DNA from: Lingula anatina
Lineage: Eukaryota > Animalia > Brachiopoda
Direction of reading: 5' to 3'
DNA length: 64,000 nucleotides
NCBI GenBank assembly: GCA_051362555.1
Contig: CM120648.1
Span: 20,022,587-20,086,586, forward strand
Shown here: piece after piece, positions 11,819-25,471 of the stretch
How positions within the stretch are numbered: the first letter of the stretch is position 1
Layout: each line of letters opens with the position of its first letter
Notes under the pieces: model-generated
Database searches by the model: none
The model's input: the letters and a program-made list of their open reading frames with translations, nothing else
Told to the model about the DNA's origin: nothing
Translations under genes and position numbers: made by a program

Positions 11819-14800
11819 TTGTAGGCCTAACCTTGTTCATTTTAGTCGACAGACTAAGCTAGAAGAAAGAAAAGATCATTATCGCCTCTCTTTACTTAGG
11901 AACAATAAGGATGGCTGGTGGCAGCATTTATAAGTTCTTTTATTTAGAAACTTTCCGATCCTTTGTCTGGGACTGCGTCCAAGAAACGGCGATAACGACA
12001 GAGACGTCCTCGAACATTTTGGACTCAGTGCAAATAAAAAAAAAAATCCGTTAAGAAGTAGCCTTTAAATGTCCTGGCAAATAATTTTGCGATGGCTCAG
12101 AGAGTTCTAGAATGAATGACAAGCAACGACATTAGGGTTAATAATAGACTAAAAACTATCAGAGTGTAGGCCTGTCTTACTTCATTTCTAAGGCCATCTT
12201 GTGATACGAGTCATGCTACACTACAAAAGAGGGGGTAGCAGTGGATGATATAATACAGGGATACCATCGATAGTATATCAATAGAAAATCGCAATCCTCA
12301 AATGTTTTTTAATTCATTAAATATAAACGGTCTTTTCTCGTACAATGGGTCTGGTATAGTTGTATTGGCCTATCAGTTGGAAACACGTGGTTCGTCTACA
12401 ATTGCAAATGGCGGAGGTGCCGTGGTAGTTATTGTCGTAAAATTAGCTGGATACGGTGCACGTGAGAAAAATATTCATTAAATTTAGTTTTCGAGCGTCA
12501 GCTTAATCTGGTAAAATGCGAGACGAAAAAAAATGATAGATAGAGCCTTATGACCCACTGTAGAATGATGCCGAATAATACATCAACGACGTAGTTTATC
12601 GGCAGATAAACGTGTTTCCATTCTCGGCTGACTGAGGAAAGGTTTGAGAGAGCATTTAAAGAAGAGGCGGTCGAACCAATAGTGAGTAGGAAGTGTGCTG
12701 CAATCAAGACGAACAATACCGATCATAAGTGGACAGCTAATAACCCCTAATTAACCCCGGGTTACGCGCTGCTGTGTTGACTCCTTGCTGGGAAGGGGTA
12801 GCGGCCTCCTACTGCTGTGCGTAATCAAACATTGTCTTCTAACATGCGGCTACACGACGGTTGCATTGTATTAATAAAGTAATACCTATTCATAAGGAAG
12901 GGGGCGGATGGTAATCTTACGAGAATTAAATCAGTTATCGATCATACGCGTACCAATAGTCGTGTTTTTTTTTAGCTATACGGTAGTTTTGATCATTTCC
13001 CTTCATATAATAAACAAGGAAAGGTGCTCCTATGGGGGGGGGGGGGGGGAGGAGGTCACAAGTTCAACGTTCACCATTTGTATGGATAGTGCCCTTGATG
13101 GCCTGGATTGCACCGACTTTGTGAACATTTAAAATAATGAGAGAACATTTAACTTGCACGCCTTTCTAAAACGCCAATGTATTTTAGAGTCATGTGCCTG
13201 TCTACGTAAGTTTATAACCCTAAGCTACGCAAACTAAGTTTCAAGTATAACAACAGTTACATCATTTCCATCAATTGTTAATGTTGCAGAGGGACTGCAG
13301 TGCTACAGAAAGGAAACTTGTCTTGAATAATTCGTCATTGTGTAACTCAAGTTTAACAAGGTCGTTTCAAAGACAACTTTTCTATAGAGTATATTCAATG
13401 GACACTAAATTTAGTTTTATTTAACTGACTCTGTCACCTGTACGTAAAGATATGCAGGCTATGATATCATTCTCTGTTTACCTGCAGACGCCATATCAAG
13501 AAAGTTAACCTCTATAACCAAGATATACTGATAAGGGCATGGAAATTAATTGACATCAGAGCTGGGTGCTGAGATATTACTGTTTGAACAGATTAAATCT
13601 GTCTACTCTTGTGGACGCAGGCTGGCACTGTGACAGTCACTGTATGTTTAAGAGCGAGATAGGACACTGTCACCCGAGCAATATATACCAGCTCACCTTG
13701 AGCATCAGAGATGTTTTGGCATTTATCTTGAGAGGGGGGCTGTCTATCATGTCACATACATACTAGACTAGTAAACTGAGCGAAAAAAATGGCCTAACCC
13801 AGGACTAATTGCAAAAAAAATAAAATTGTAATAATGTTTTTTTAGAAAGCTAAATATCCAAATTTCAACATATTAAAAAACTAGAAAAATTTTAATAGTG
13901 GAAAATGTTTTTTTAGGCAGTTTTTCAAGATGGCCGCCAATATATTAAGTCTCTATAGGCAAAGGGAATCGCGCCTCGTTTTTGTCAGGTGCAATATGGC
14001 GAGATGGTGTAGCCTTGTAACACCAGAGGAAAACTCTCACCATACATGCTTGCTCCGTCAAATGCGTCCGTCCCGGTAGCCATGAAAACCTTATTTAATC
14101 CCTGGTGCCGCGTCTGATACATGTACATGTACTTCGAAGCGCATACTGATACACACCTTGAAAAGGATAGCGCGATCTGTTTATCGGTGAATTCTGGATC
14201 ATTTGGTGCCGCGTCTGGTAGTTAGGTAGGCCTGACAAAGTAATCGGATGGCATTGTTTGTATCTGTGTTGAGAAAGTACACGTCACTCGTGTTAAAACG
14301 AGTTTTGATAGGTAACGTTGCAGGATTGATTTCAGTGATTTGGCACTTGTCTGGTCAACTGAATAATCCAGCGATTATTTTAGAAAACTCACCTTGCAAA
14401 ATGTCATCTAAGAATATATCTGGTAGTAAGAAGGTGCTCAGCTGCACAACAAACAATGAGTCTATTGCAAAAAAATGCATGTATTCATTTCTTTGTGTGT
14501 ATGTAGAAGTTCCGTCAATTTTTATTAATTTTTTATCATTTTATTTTATTTTCTTGTAGATTAATTTTGTCTAAAACTACATATATCGACTTTTTTGTGT
14601 TTCCTGCTACATGTCATTGGTCCCCTAGTTTCTATCATTTGGCGTTGTCTCTGGGCAGGAATGCCGAACAAAATGACAGAATGCTGACAATCCTATCGCG
14701 CCATTACCAAGAAACGATTTTTTGCATCTCAAAGTACTCAAAGATACTAGACAATGAGCAAGGGTTCCATATGATCGTTTAACTGATAACAGTTAAAACT

Positions 14801-14962
14801 CTGTTTTGACCAATATGCTCTGTTAACCTGCCTGTGGACATTTTTGTCATTTTAACAGCTTTCCAGACTGCCGAGATAAGTGAATTTCTCTCCATCTAAA
14901 AGATATATTCCCATCATACTAACTGGATCGATCTAACTTTGCAGGAGTTCTTGCTAATATGA

Positions 14963-15301
14963 CTTCGGTATAATCATCTCAACTGTCTATATAGTGGCAA
15001 GTCCCGTTGGGTAACAAGCAGCTTAATTAGGCGTGTCAGCATTTAAGTCTTCGGTATATAATCATCTCAATGGTCTATATTGTGGCAAGTCCCGTTGGGT
15101 AACTAGCAGCTTAATTAGGCGTGTCAACATTTAAGTCTTCGGTATAATCAGCTCAACTGTCTATATAGTGGCAAGTCCCGTTGGGTAACAAGCAGCTTAA
15201 TTAGGCGTGTCATCATTTAAGTCTTCGGTATAATCAGCTCTATTGTCTATATAGTGGCAGGTCCCGTTGGGTAACTAGCAGCTTAATTAGGCGTGTCAAC
15301 A
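14963..15301. repeat. Tandem repeat, ~86-bp unit, 4 copies
   Basis: CTTCGGTATA...GGCAAGTCCCGTTGGGTAAC...GCTTAATTAGGCGTGTCA at 14963, 15049, 15137 and 15223. Confidence 0.93.
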
Positions 15302-16374
15302 ACTGCAGAGTTAGAACTTTATCCAGCAGTCACGGCTCCATTCCCGTGTACTTCCACCTAAAAATGAAAGCTTCACGTCTTACACAAAACAGATAAAATC
15401 ATAGAAACACTACCCTGTTCTAATAATCAGTTTGAAAAAAAAAAAACTTCCCAAAATTAAACAGAGATGCGTTTTGTCCAACGGTCGACGCTGTAGCTCC
15501 ATTTTGGGAAATTTTTCATTTTTGGTTTTAGGATTTTTTTAATATCGGAATTAAACTTATTTCAACGGCATCATTAAGCGGGATGAAAGATTCTTTTTCA
15601 AATGATACTGGGGAACTTTCTTGTTCCCATAATCCTATCGTAATAGCTGGATCCATATAATTCCTCGGGGATTCTCACTAAATTGCATTCAGTTTAACTG
15701 CCTTAAATATCTCCCCTCCCCCCTCGTAACTTGAAGTACTTGGATAAAGTCAGTTATGGGAACGCAGTTTTAAACACTTTCCTTCTGATTTTATGGTCTT
15801 TTACGTTAAATTTATCTTTACTTCATTGACTTCATTGGGCTTTTAACCTACAAAGACGGTAACTTTTAAATAAACAATTTCCTCCAAACTCTCTGATAAC
15901 AATATGTAGGCCTAGTTCACATACTTCACAACAAGTTGTGTATTTTTGTAGGGATCAGTTCCTTATAGGGAGCTTTCCAACAGACGTTTTTCTTCTATTC
16001 TTTGAGGATTGAAAGAAGTGGAAAAGACTAGGACAAAGAAACCAAAGTCTGCCCTAGATTGATATGATCATACATGAGGCGTTTCAATATTTTAAGTCAG
16101 TTCGATAGCCGTCCTGGTATTAGAGAACATCCCAAAACCTAAAAAGGATATTTTTCTTCCCAAAATGTCCATAATTAATTGGTCTTTTCGGAAGTTTGTT
16201 TATTTTTAAAACAGCAAATTAGAACAGGGGTATTAATATTGACTCTACATCACAAAAAATAAAGAAATTATTCGCATTGCTATTGCCAAATATATAATTT
16301 CCTTACGTCAACGATATTTTCAGATTATCCAGTTACAGCACATTTTAAAACTATTTTTTGCTGTCAGGGATCTC

Positions 16375-17095
16375 TAAGAGACCATCCCCACAGATATTTA
16401 AATCGATCTAGCCGCCTGGGGAGTCTCACTAGATTGTTGTCAGCTTAACCAGCTTAAATGTCCCGTCTACTGAAAGCTGTAAGGGGGTAAATAACTTTCG
16501 TGTGCGCTTGGCTCCTGGAAGCAGAAATTTAGCGAGTTATATAGCAATTTAGGGAGCAAGATCGATCCAGATGGATCGATCTAAATCTGTGGAAACCCAG
16601 TCTAAGACCCCATTCCCACAGATTTTAGATCGATCTATTCCCGTGGGGATTCTCACTAGATTGGTGTCAGATTAGCTGGCTTCAATGTCTGACCAGCCTA
16701 CTAAAAGTAAGGGAGGGTAATTAACTATAGTGCGGCAGACAGCAATTTAGCGTGAATCCCCAGGGAGTTAGGTGGATTGATCTTAATCTGTGGGAACGCA
16801 GTCTAAGAGACCATCCCCAGAGATATTGTACTAACTTTGGATCGATATATCTCCAAGGGGATTCTCACTAAATTGCTATCAACTTAGGCGGCTTAAATGT
16901 CTGTCACACCTACTAAAGATGTTAGGGAATAATTAACTACCAGAGGCCAAGCGTGCACGAAAGTTAATTATTCCCTAGTTGATTTGAAAGGCGTGACAGA
17001 CATTTAAACCACTTAAGTTGATAGCAATTTAGCGTGAACCCCTTTAGAGTTAGACTGATCCTGTTGGGTCGATCTAGGCATGGGAACCCAGTCTT
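16375..17095. mobile_element. Three abutting palindromic MITE-like units (TAAGA...TCTTA/TCTAA termini)
   Basis: Units ~16375-16604, 16603-16806 and 16804-17095 each begin TAAGA..CCC(A)CAGAT..GATC and end GATCT..TGGGAAC(C)CAGTCT(A/T)A, with internal GGGGATTCTCACTA arms; partial copies at ~15660 and ~18280. Confidence 0.7.
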
Positions 17096-18258
17096 ACACA
17101 GTGTAATAAATTAGGGAGTATTCAGATTCAAGTTAACATACATCTAGACATGGGAACCCGGTCTTACACAGTGTAATAAATTAGGGAGTATTCAGATTCA
17201 AGTTAACATACATCTAGGCATGGGAACCCACTCTTACACAGTGTAATAAATTAGGGAGTATTCAGATTCAAGTTAACATACATCTTGGCAGGGGAACCCA
17301 CTCTTACACAGTGTAATAAATTAGGGAGTATTCAGATTCAAGTTAACATACATCTAGGCATGGGAACCCAGTCTTACACAGTGTAATAAATTAGGGAGTA
17401 TTCAGATTCAAGTTAACATACATCTAGACATGGGAACCCAGTCTTACACAGTGTAATAAATTAGGGAGTATTCAGATTCAAGTTAACATACATCTAGGCA
17501 TGGGAACCCAGTCTTACACAGTGTAATAAATTATGGAGTATTCAGATTCAAGTGAACATACATCTAGGCATGGGAACCCAGTCTTACACAGTGTAATAAA
17601 TTAGGGAGTATTCAAATTCAAGTTAACATACATCTAGACATGGGAACCCAGTCTTACACAGTGTAATAAATTAGGGAGTATTCAGATTCAGGTTAACATA
17701 CATCTAGGCATGGGAACCCAGTCTTACTCAGTGTAATAAATTAGGGAGTATTCAGATTCAAGTTAACATACATCTAGGCATGGGAACCCAGTCTTACACA
17801 GTGTAATAAATTAGGGAGTATTCAGATTCAAGTTAACATACATCTAGACATGGGAACCCAGTCTTACACAGTGTAATAAATTAGGAAGTATTCAGATTCA
17901 AGTTATCATACATCTAGACATGGGAACCCAGTCTTACACAGTGTAATAAATTAGGGAGTATTCAGATTCAAGTTAACATACATCTAGGCATGGGAACCCA
18001 GTCTTACACAGTAATAAATTAGGGAGTATTCAGATTCAAGTTAACATACATCTAGACATGGGAACCCAGTCTTACACAGTGTAATAAATTAGGGAGTATT
18101 CAGATTCAAGTTAACATACATCTAGGCATGGGAACCCAGTCTTACACAGTGTAATAAATTAGGTAGTATTCAGATTCAAGTTAACATACATCTAGACATG
18201 GGAACCCAGTCTTACACAGTGTAATAAATTAGGGAGTATTCAGATTCAAGTTAACATA
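17072..18258. repeat. Homogeneous minisatellite, 70-bp unit, 17 copies
   Basis: Unit CATCTAG(G/A)CATGGGAACCCAGTCTTACACAGTGTAATAAATTAGGGAGTATTCAGATTCAAGTTAACATA; no variable spacers. Confidence 0.97.
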
Positions 18259-18371
18259 GCAGCAGGATACATTCATCTCTGTGGGATTCTCGCTAAATTC
18301 CAGTCAATGTAATCAGTTAAATAGTCTTACACGCCACCTCGAGAAGTTAAAAGGAAAAGAAAAGTGGGGCA

Positions 18372-18849
18372 GGGGGGGGGGGGGGCAAAAAATAATAATC
18401 GCAAAGGTAAAAAAAAATAATTGCAAAGTTGGTATCAATTCTGTGAGAAAATGCACTCATGGCCACTAGACAATCATTCAACAATCTGTTTACAAAGGTG
18501 TACTGTTTACTTATGTGTACTTAGTGGATTGGCTCTCTTACTTGTCCACAGAGGAAGAAACGTTATTTCTGATCCTGAGACAATCTACGAAATGAAGTCC
18601 AATTGGCGTGTTGTGTTGAAAAAAATGACTGTACTTATGGCAAAATGAACCCACAATTTCTGACTTCTGATTGAGCAATAAATAACAGTTAAAATGCACC
18701 AGAATGCAGTATTATACATACAGTTTTTAAAATTGTCCACACCGTGGGAGCGGGACACCCCTCCAACACCCTCATCTCTCCGGGGCTTCGCCCCCTCGTG
18801 TCCGCTTACTGCCCCCCCCCCCCAGCATTTTGCTCAGGCTACGGCCCTG
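18372..18849. mobile_element. Left-truncated copy of the CAGGGCCGTAGCC-terminated non-autonomous element; provides the empty site for the 20509-23134 insertion
   Basis: 18395-18603 matches 20300-20508; 18604-18849 matches 23137-23575; ends GGCTACGGCCCTG. Confidence 0.8.
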
Positions 18850-19198
18850 TTACGGTAATTATTTTTTGCGCCATTTAGGTCACATTTACCTCATATTTGA
18901 GTAATTTTGTTGATGTATATTTTGTTGATGTTTCTTCTGTTTGCTGTCTGTATATTTACCAGCTTTATTGGTCTAGTTTATAACTTTTTGAGTTGGCACT
19001 TTACCTTTACCTAGAAACTGTACGTTACACAAACACGACTATTAATGAAATAATATGCCAACTATACAAAAAGTAATTACAAGATGAGAGTCCTTTCTTA
19101 CTTCGGTGCACTGCTTATATTGAGGAAAGATATAAATTTCATAAAAAAATGGGTATCCAACAAATGGTATGAACGAAATATTTAAGGTTTAAGTGTGT

Positions 19199-19229
<31 letters not shown>

Positions 19230-20508
19230 GAGGCAATAAGCAACATTTTTTGTCACGATTTTTGATATAAGGCAGAAAAAATGTATACAACAGGTGTGTT
19301 ATAAGCCCGAAGGGCTGGGTGTTCAATTCCCATTACAAGTAAATAAAATGATTATGTTGATATGATAAACGCTAGGGTTCAGTCATAGCTAACAATTAAT
19401 AATAACACGATAACCCACAACAGCACTGCTGCATTACTTATTAACTCGTGTCTTCGTCCAGTCATGTTGTACTTTGGACTTATCTGCTGACAAACACGTG
19501 ATGGGGCTAGAAACAGTGACAAGTAGATTTAGTACAATAATTATCCTTCACTTTGATATCATTTTTGTACCTTGTCTTACTTTATTCTATCAAGAAAGGG
19601 TGACTCCCGATTTAGCCACACAGAATAATTATTGAACACAGCTAATAACTTTTTTATACAGTTCTAACTCCCTCAATTCACAACAGATAACTTATTAAAA
19701 CAATAGAGAGAGAGAGAGAGAGAGAGAAGGGAGGAGGGAAGCCTTATATGTTGCCATTCGCGCGCGCCTTGTCACTCGAGCTAGATCTTATTTCTATCAC
19801 GTTTACTCAGTTTTCAAGCAAAACGACAAGCGACCCAGAAATCGGTTACCCTATTTTTTGTATCTCTTTTTTACCTTTTACAAAAAATTAAAAAAAAAAA
19901 ACAGAAATTTTTCATAATGATCTGCTCATACAGATAATTCCAGAAACAGGCCTACGCTTATTAAAAATTCTGGTTTGGTCTTAGATGCCATCGATTCTAT
20001 TATCATTTCACCAGATTAAAAGAGAAGACTCTTTCCAGACCCCCCCCCCCCCCCTCCAGTCTGATACTGAAAAGCTAATCATGGTTACCTTCGCCTTCCT
20101 GTGGGTAGGGAAGATCATGATTTCTTGAAATTATTTCTCTAAAAGCGTACAGATGACCTTCCCCCCTCCCCAACATACAGTACTGTTGTACATGTAATGG
20201 TAGATTTGCAAAAATGACCCCTTAACGACCAGGGCCGTAGCCTCCGGGGGGGGGGGGGGGGGGGGGCAGCTGCCCCCCTTGGGATTTGAGGTGCAAAAAA
20301 TAATCGCAAAGTTAAAAAAAAATAATTGCAAAGTTGGTATCAATTCTGTGAGAAAATGCACTCATGGCCACTAGACAATGATTCAACAATCTGTTTACAA
20401 AGGTGTACTGTTTACTTGTGTGTACTTAGTGGATTAGCTCTCTTGCTTGTCCACAGAGGAAGAAACGTTGTTTCTGATCCTGAGACAATCTACGAAATGA
20501 AGTCCAAT

Positions 20509-23134
20509 AAGGTCGCGCGACAAGGTTATTTTCAGTTGCACCCTGGATTACGCACGCTTGCTCCGCAAGGTGTCGCCTGTGGTGGGCGGGCATCACAGCC
20601 CATATGGTTACTGTGGCGAAGGTGACAGGTACTTCCAAACATTTTTTCATAACTGTAATTTTTCCTCATTCTATTCATGAATTTGATATTTACGGCAATT
20701 GAAAATGTGGCACCGGCAAAAGTGAATCTAGGTGCGTTGACAGGCCGCACAGGTGTCCCCAATTAACCGCCGCCAAAGAAGAGACCCCAAGCATTAAACA
20801 ACACAACCTGTAGATACTGGAAATTTGGCGAAAGTTTTACAAGCAACTGAGGCTTTATTAGATTTGGACAGAAATCGAGGGGAATGTCCAGTGACATGCC
20901 AAACCCCTAAGTTCAAGTCTTGGCCCTTGACACCAGTAACGCACCCCTTAGTCAAGAATCTGAACAAATCAATGTTGGGCAGGTATGCTCTGTTTTCTAC
21001 AGCTGTTTTGTGATTTTATCAACTTGATTGTCAAGTGCCAGACCTTTTGTTCCCAGGTATTAGTAGCAAACTTTATCAGATAACAATCTGACACTAGCCA
21101 AGCTGCACTAGAAAAGCGCTGTAAACTCAGTTATCAATGCTGTCATCTTTACCTGTATCTTTACCGGTATTATGCCAGTGGTACGTTTGATACATTTGAG
21201 TAAGGCAACATGCTTTAATGCTTATGTTCATTTGTAATACGTTAGCATCAACCTGTTAATAAAAACTTGGAAACTTTCAATGTTATTACACAATAACAGT
21301 ATAATGATGGGAGATGTTATGATTAAATGCTTAGAAGAATAATAAAAACAAATTATGTGAAATATAAAATGAATTGATTTTATTTGGGTTATTTATTTAT
21401 TTATTTCAAACCAAATAATTATCAAACATGAAGCTTATTTTTAGAAACATTCGCAGATATATGAAATATAACCCTGCTGGTACACAGACCTACAGTTCTA
21501 AAATACAAATACCAAGTACCTTTCACACACCACTGATAAGATGTGAATAATCATATGTATAAAGTAGTAAAAATATCACAAAATGTGTGTAAGCAAGATA
21601 TTTCTGCAAGTAACCTCATTAATCAGTCAGGAAACTTCATAATGCACCCAATAAATGTAGAAATTTGAGCCAGAGAAATTCTACATACAGGCATGACAGA
21701 TTTACCATATATTGCCACCAACCCTTAACTGAATGGGCATAGAAAGAACAAAGTGAATCTTCCTCCCATTAAAAATGAAAAATGAAAATAAATAAATAAA
21801 AAACAGATACTGTCATTCTTAATACTGAAAAACAATGGCACCTTGCAGCCTTCACTGCCTCACTATTTGCAGACAATGTTCTAGTCACTGTAACTGTGTA
21901 CTTTTTATGAGACATAGATGCAAGAATAACTTCTTTGAAGTACATGTATATTGTGAAGGTCTCTTTTGTCATAAATCTGCCATGTATAACCTGAATGTAC
22001 AACGATTCACACCGCAGCAGCTTGTCTTAGTAAGGACTCAACCAGTTTGAAAACTTGTGGCATAGCTTCAGGGACAAGATAACACCATCTATCCTTGCTG
22101 TGATGATGGATCTACTAGTACATTATCTATGTCTTGTCCTCCTAGTTTCTCTAATACCATTTCCCCTGATCTATGCTCACATCAATCTCTATAGCTTTAC
22201 CAACTGCTACACAGTTTTTACATCTGAAAGTATAAAGCAAAAATTGTAATAAAGCACTATCAATTTACTTGTTAGATATTGATTTGAGGGCAAGAGAAAA
22301 ATGCAGAAACCTCATATCATAATCAAGATAATTGAAAATCAAATATGCATAATCAAATTAATAGCTTTAATTGTACATACTACTGATAATTTAATCTTTT
22401 AAACAGCATAAATTTCTCTTGTTAAAGCATAGCCACTTTATCAAAATGTGCTTGAAAAAAAAAATGATAATAATGATAATAATAATAAACAACCTGCACA
22501 CAAGATGGAACATGGAGGTCAATTGCCACAAAATAAGTTGATTTGTACTGTACTTGGTAGCCTGAGAAATAGTATCAGGTATTAATTTGAGCAGTAAATT
22601 GAGTAATAATACCACAGAGTTAACAATGACACAAGCATATGGTGTTGTGTAACAAAATTCATGCATTACTTGCTGTGGCAGTGTCCTCCTCAACCTATCC
22701 TGCACCGCAGGTTTTGATTTTCAATGTCATCAAAATTTTTTATTGTTGTTAGTTTGATTTATGTATCTGCTATTCAAATAATATCCTTAGGAAAATAACT
22801 TACTGATTTAATTATGCTTTTGCAACATGAAATTATCATTAACTTTGTCGGTTCACGTGTATACAGTACCTTGCAATCAGTGCTGCTCTAATCTCCCCAA
22901 CTCGCCACTGACAGGCTAACCACATCGTTTCAAAACAACGTTGGTATGCTCCTTTACTTTTGGTGTTGGCAGTTTCGCCCTGGGGACATCGTTTTTGCTT
23001 AAAAACAACGTATCGTTTTCACCCATCTATGCATTGCTCGTGTACAAAATGGCCGCTTGCTGCCCCCCCCAAGGGAAAAATCGTAGCACGTGGGTAGTTA
23101 CGCAAGACCTGTGACGTATAACGCGCGCAAGGTT
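20509..23134 (-). mobile_element. Second degenerate ISL2EU-like element with SAP/SWIM-region gene remnants
   Basis: AT duplicated at 20507-20508 and 23135-23136 relative to empty site GTCCAATTGGCG (18597-18608). Minus exon 23026-22870: MGENDTLFLSKNDVPRAKLP..VKEHTNVVLKR/WLAC..IRAALIAR (SAP-like). ORF 21769-22002: YFKEVILASMSHKKYTVTV..VKAARCHC (region leading into a SWIM finger). Confidence 0.7.
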
Positions 23135-23244
23135 ATTGGCGTGTTGTGTTGAAAAAAAAACTGTTCTTATAGCAAAATGAACCCACAATTTCTGACTTCT
23201 AATTGAGCAATAAATAACAGTTAAAATGCACCAGCACGCAGTAG

Positions 23245-23510
23245 ATTATACATATATGTTTTTAAAAATTTTCCACACCGTGTATTATACATACAGTTTT
23301 TAAAATTTTTCCACAACGTGTATTATACATACATTTTTTTAATTTTTTCCACACCGTGTATTATACATACAGTTTTTAAAATTTTTCCACACCGTGTATT
23401 ATACATACATTTTTTAAATTTTTTCCACAACGTGTATTATACATACAGTTTTTAAAAATTTTCCACACCGTGTATTATACATACAGTTTTTAAAAATTTT
23501 CCACACCGTG
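23245..23510. repeat. Tandem repeat, ~38-bp unit, ~7 copies
   Basis: GTGTATTATACATACAGTTTTTAAAA(A)TTTTCCACACC repeated; present once only in the 18372-18849 copy. Confidence 0.92.
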
Positions 23511-24177
23511 CTTCGCCCCCTCGTGTCCGCTTACTGCCCCCCCCCCCCCGGCATTTTGCTCAGGCTACGGCCCTGAAGACAGACGCGAATACCTTTAATC
23601 TTATGTCCCCTAGCCAGTTAGTCTGCAATCTCTAGATTATTATTATTATTATTATTTATATATTATATATATTTTATTTTATTTTTTTATGTGATGATTC
23701 TTGTGACCTTTGGTAATTACTAAGATGTCGGAGTCATACCATGATTCTTCTTCTTCTTCTTCTCATTATTATTATTATTATTATTATAGCACAATCCTTA
23801 CTCCTTGCAGATACCTGTTTTAAAATTGACATTCTACTGGCACCTGAACTCGCTGTGTCATCTATTATCCACTGCTCTGTGATGCCGTTTAGTTTCTCGT
23901 GGCCTGTGATGCCGTTGCCGCCATTCTGTGTCCTGTCCTGGCCTTTCTCCTAAGCGAGTCAGTGCTGTACGTGATAAACAGGCGCCATTTTCTTCAACAG
24001 CCAGGAAGTAACAGGACGGAGATTGTGGGATAATGTTGAACATATTTGATAAAGAAAGAGATATGATCTGACCGACTTGTAGGTAATATGGAGCAAGTGT
24101 TTATGTTACTGTGATCTCCAAGCTGCAGCACCAGAAGTAAACATAAAGTTTAGCAATCACTGACAGAAATATTACAG

Positions 24178-25122
24178 GATCTACTGTCGGAATGGAAGCC
24201 ATGTTAGGGCAGTCTAGACGAGGTGTAAATCCAAGATCAGGACAGGTGACAGTACAGACACAACCTCCATTAGCTGAACAGGAAACAAATACAACATCAG
24301 CTACACATCCTCGTGTTTTCTTAGAGAAGGCAGAATGTGTGCGTTCCTTCAGTGCTAAACTGGAAGATGATGATAGAGAAATAACCAACATAACTGGGTT
24401 AGCCATAGATAAGGAACACATGTTTGTTGTGGATAGAGGAAACAACAGAACAAAAGTATTCACACATGGAGGACAATTTAAGTTTAACATTAAAGTAAAC
24501 AGTCCATATGATGTGGCTGTGTCACAGACTGGTCACCTGTATATAACATCATGGGGTGACAGATGTGTCCAAGTGTACTCCACCAGAGGTCAGCAGGTGA
24601 CAACCATGGGTCAGGGTCTACTGGAGTATCCACAGGGTATTACACTGAACAGACAAGGTCATGTGATGGTTTGTGACAGAGTAAAGAAGTCCATCTTCAC
24701 ATTCCATGCAGACAGTGGACAGCTCCTGAACACTATTCCACTCAGTATGTGTAGATACCCAGAGTACATCACAGTGAACAGTGTGAATGATAACATTGTG
24801 ATATCAGACTTGGACTGTGTACATGTGCTGTCACCTACTGGTGATCATCTGTACAAGTATGACGGCAGCAGAGAAGGCAGTGAACTGAGGTTACCACGTG
24901 GAGTGTGCACAGACAGCTATGGTTACATCTTCATTACTGACAGGGGTAACCACAGGATAGTGGCACTGAGTCCACAGGGACAGTTTATCAGATACATTGT
25001 CACTAAGGATGATGGGTTGTGGTCTCCCACTGCAGTAGTCATCAACCCTGCTGCTGGTCAACTGGTGGTGGGAGAGGGTTACGGCAATGTTAAGACATTC
25101 CAGTACATTGACCTGAAACAAG
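24178..25122 (+). CDS. NHL-repeat beta-propeller exon (TRIM2/TRIM3/TRIM71-like C-terminal domain), phase 1-1
   Basis: ORF 24192-25130 has about six NHL blades (ITGLAID..MFVVDRGNNR, PYDVAVS, PQGITLN, PEYITVN, PRGVCTDSYGYIFITDRGNHRI, PTAVVIN); acceptor TTACAG|G at 24177/8, donor AAG|GTGAGT at 25122/3. Confidence 0.88.
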
Positions 25123-25471
25123 GTGAGTAACATGTATTAACTGTGGATAGATATGATTATTATGTAAAATATTTGAAAGTTTATTAGTCTTACAATGTTT
25201 TTATCCATGATTATGTTTGCCTTTATTTCAATAAAAAAACTTTTTAAGCATATTTAAATTCAGTGAGCACACAGCTGTGCTTTAGTAAAAATGTATGTAC
25301 AGTGGAGACATTTTCTATAGTTAATACTTTACTGTTACTGACAAATTTCCATGAACCCATTATAGTGATTAGGATTTTGAATAATGATGAAGAACTCTTT
25401 TTTAATGGAATTTATAGTATGCTTTATTTGTATTTTTATTAAGTCACAAGAAAAACATCTTACATTGTTTA

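Larger units (their letters stand above)
20230..23575. mobile_element. Non-autonomous TIR element (CAGGG termini, hAT-like) carrying a nested ISL2EU-like insertion
   Basis: Perfect 13-bp TIR CAGGGCCGTAGCC at 20230 and GGCTACGGCCCTG ending 23575; flanks ACGAC/AAGAC may be an imperfect 5-bp TSD. Confidence 0.8.

Noticed and set aside
17072-18258. CRISPR-like regular array
   Set aside because: Units are fully repeated with no unique spacers, there are no cas genes, and the context is eukaryotic; it is a minisatellite.
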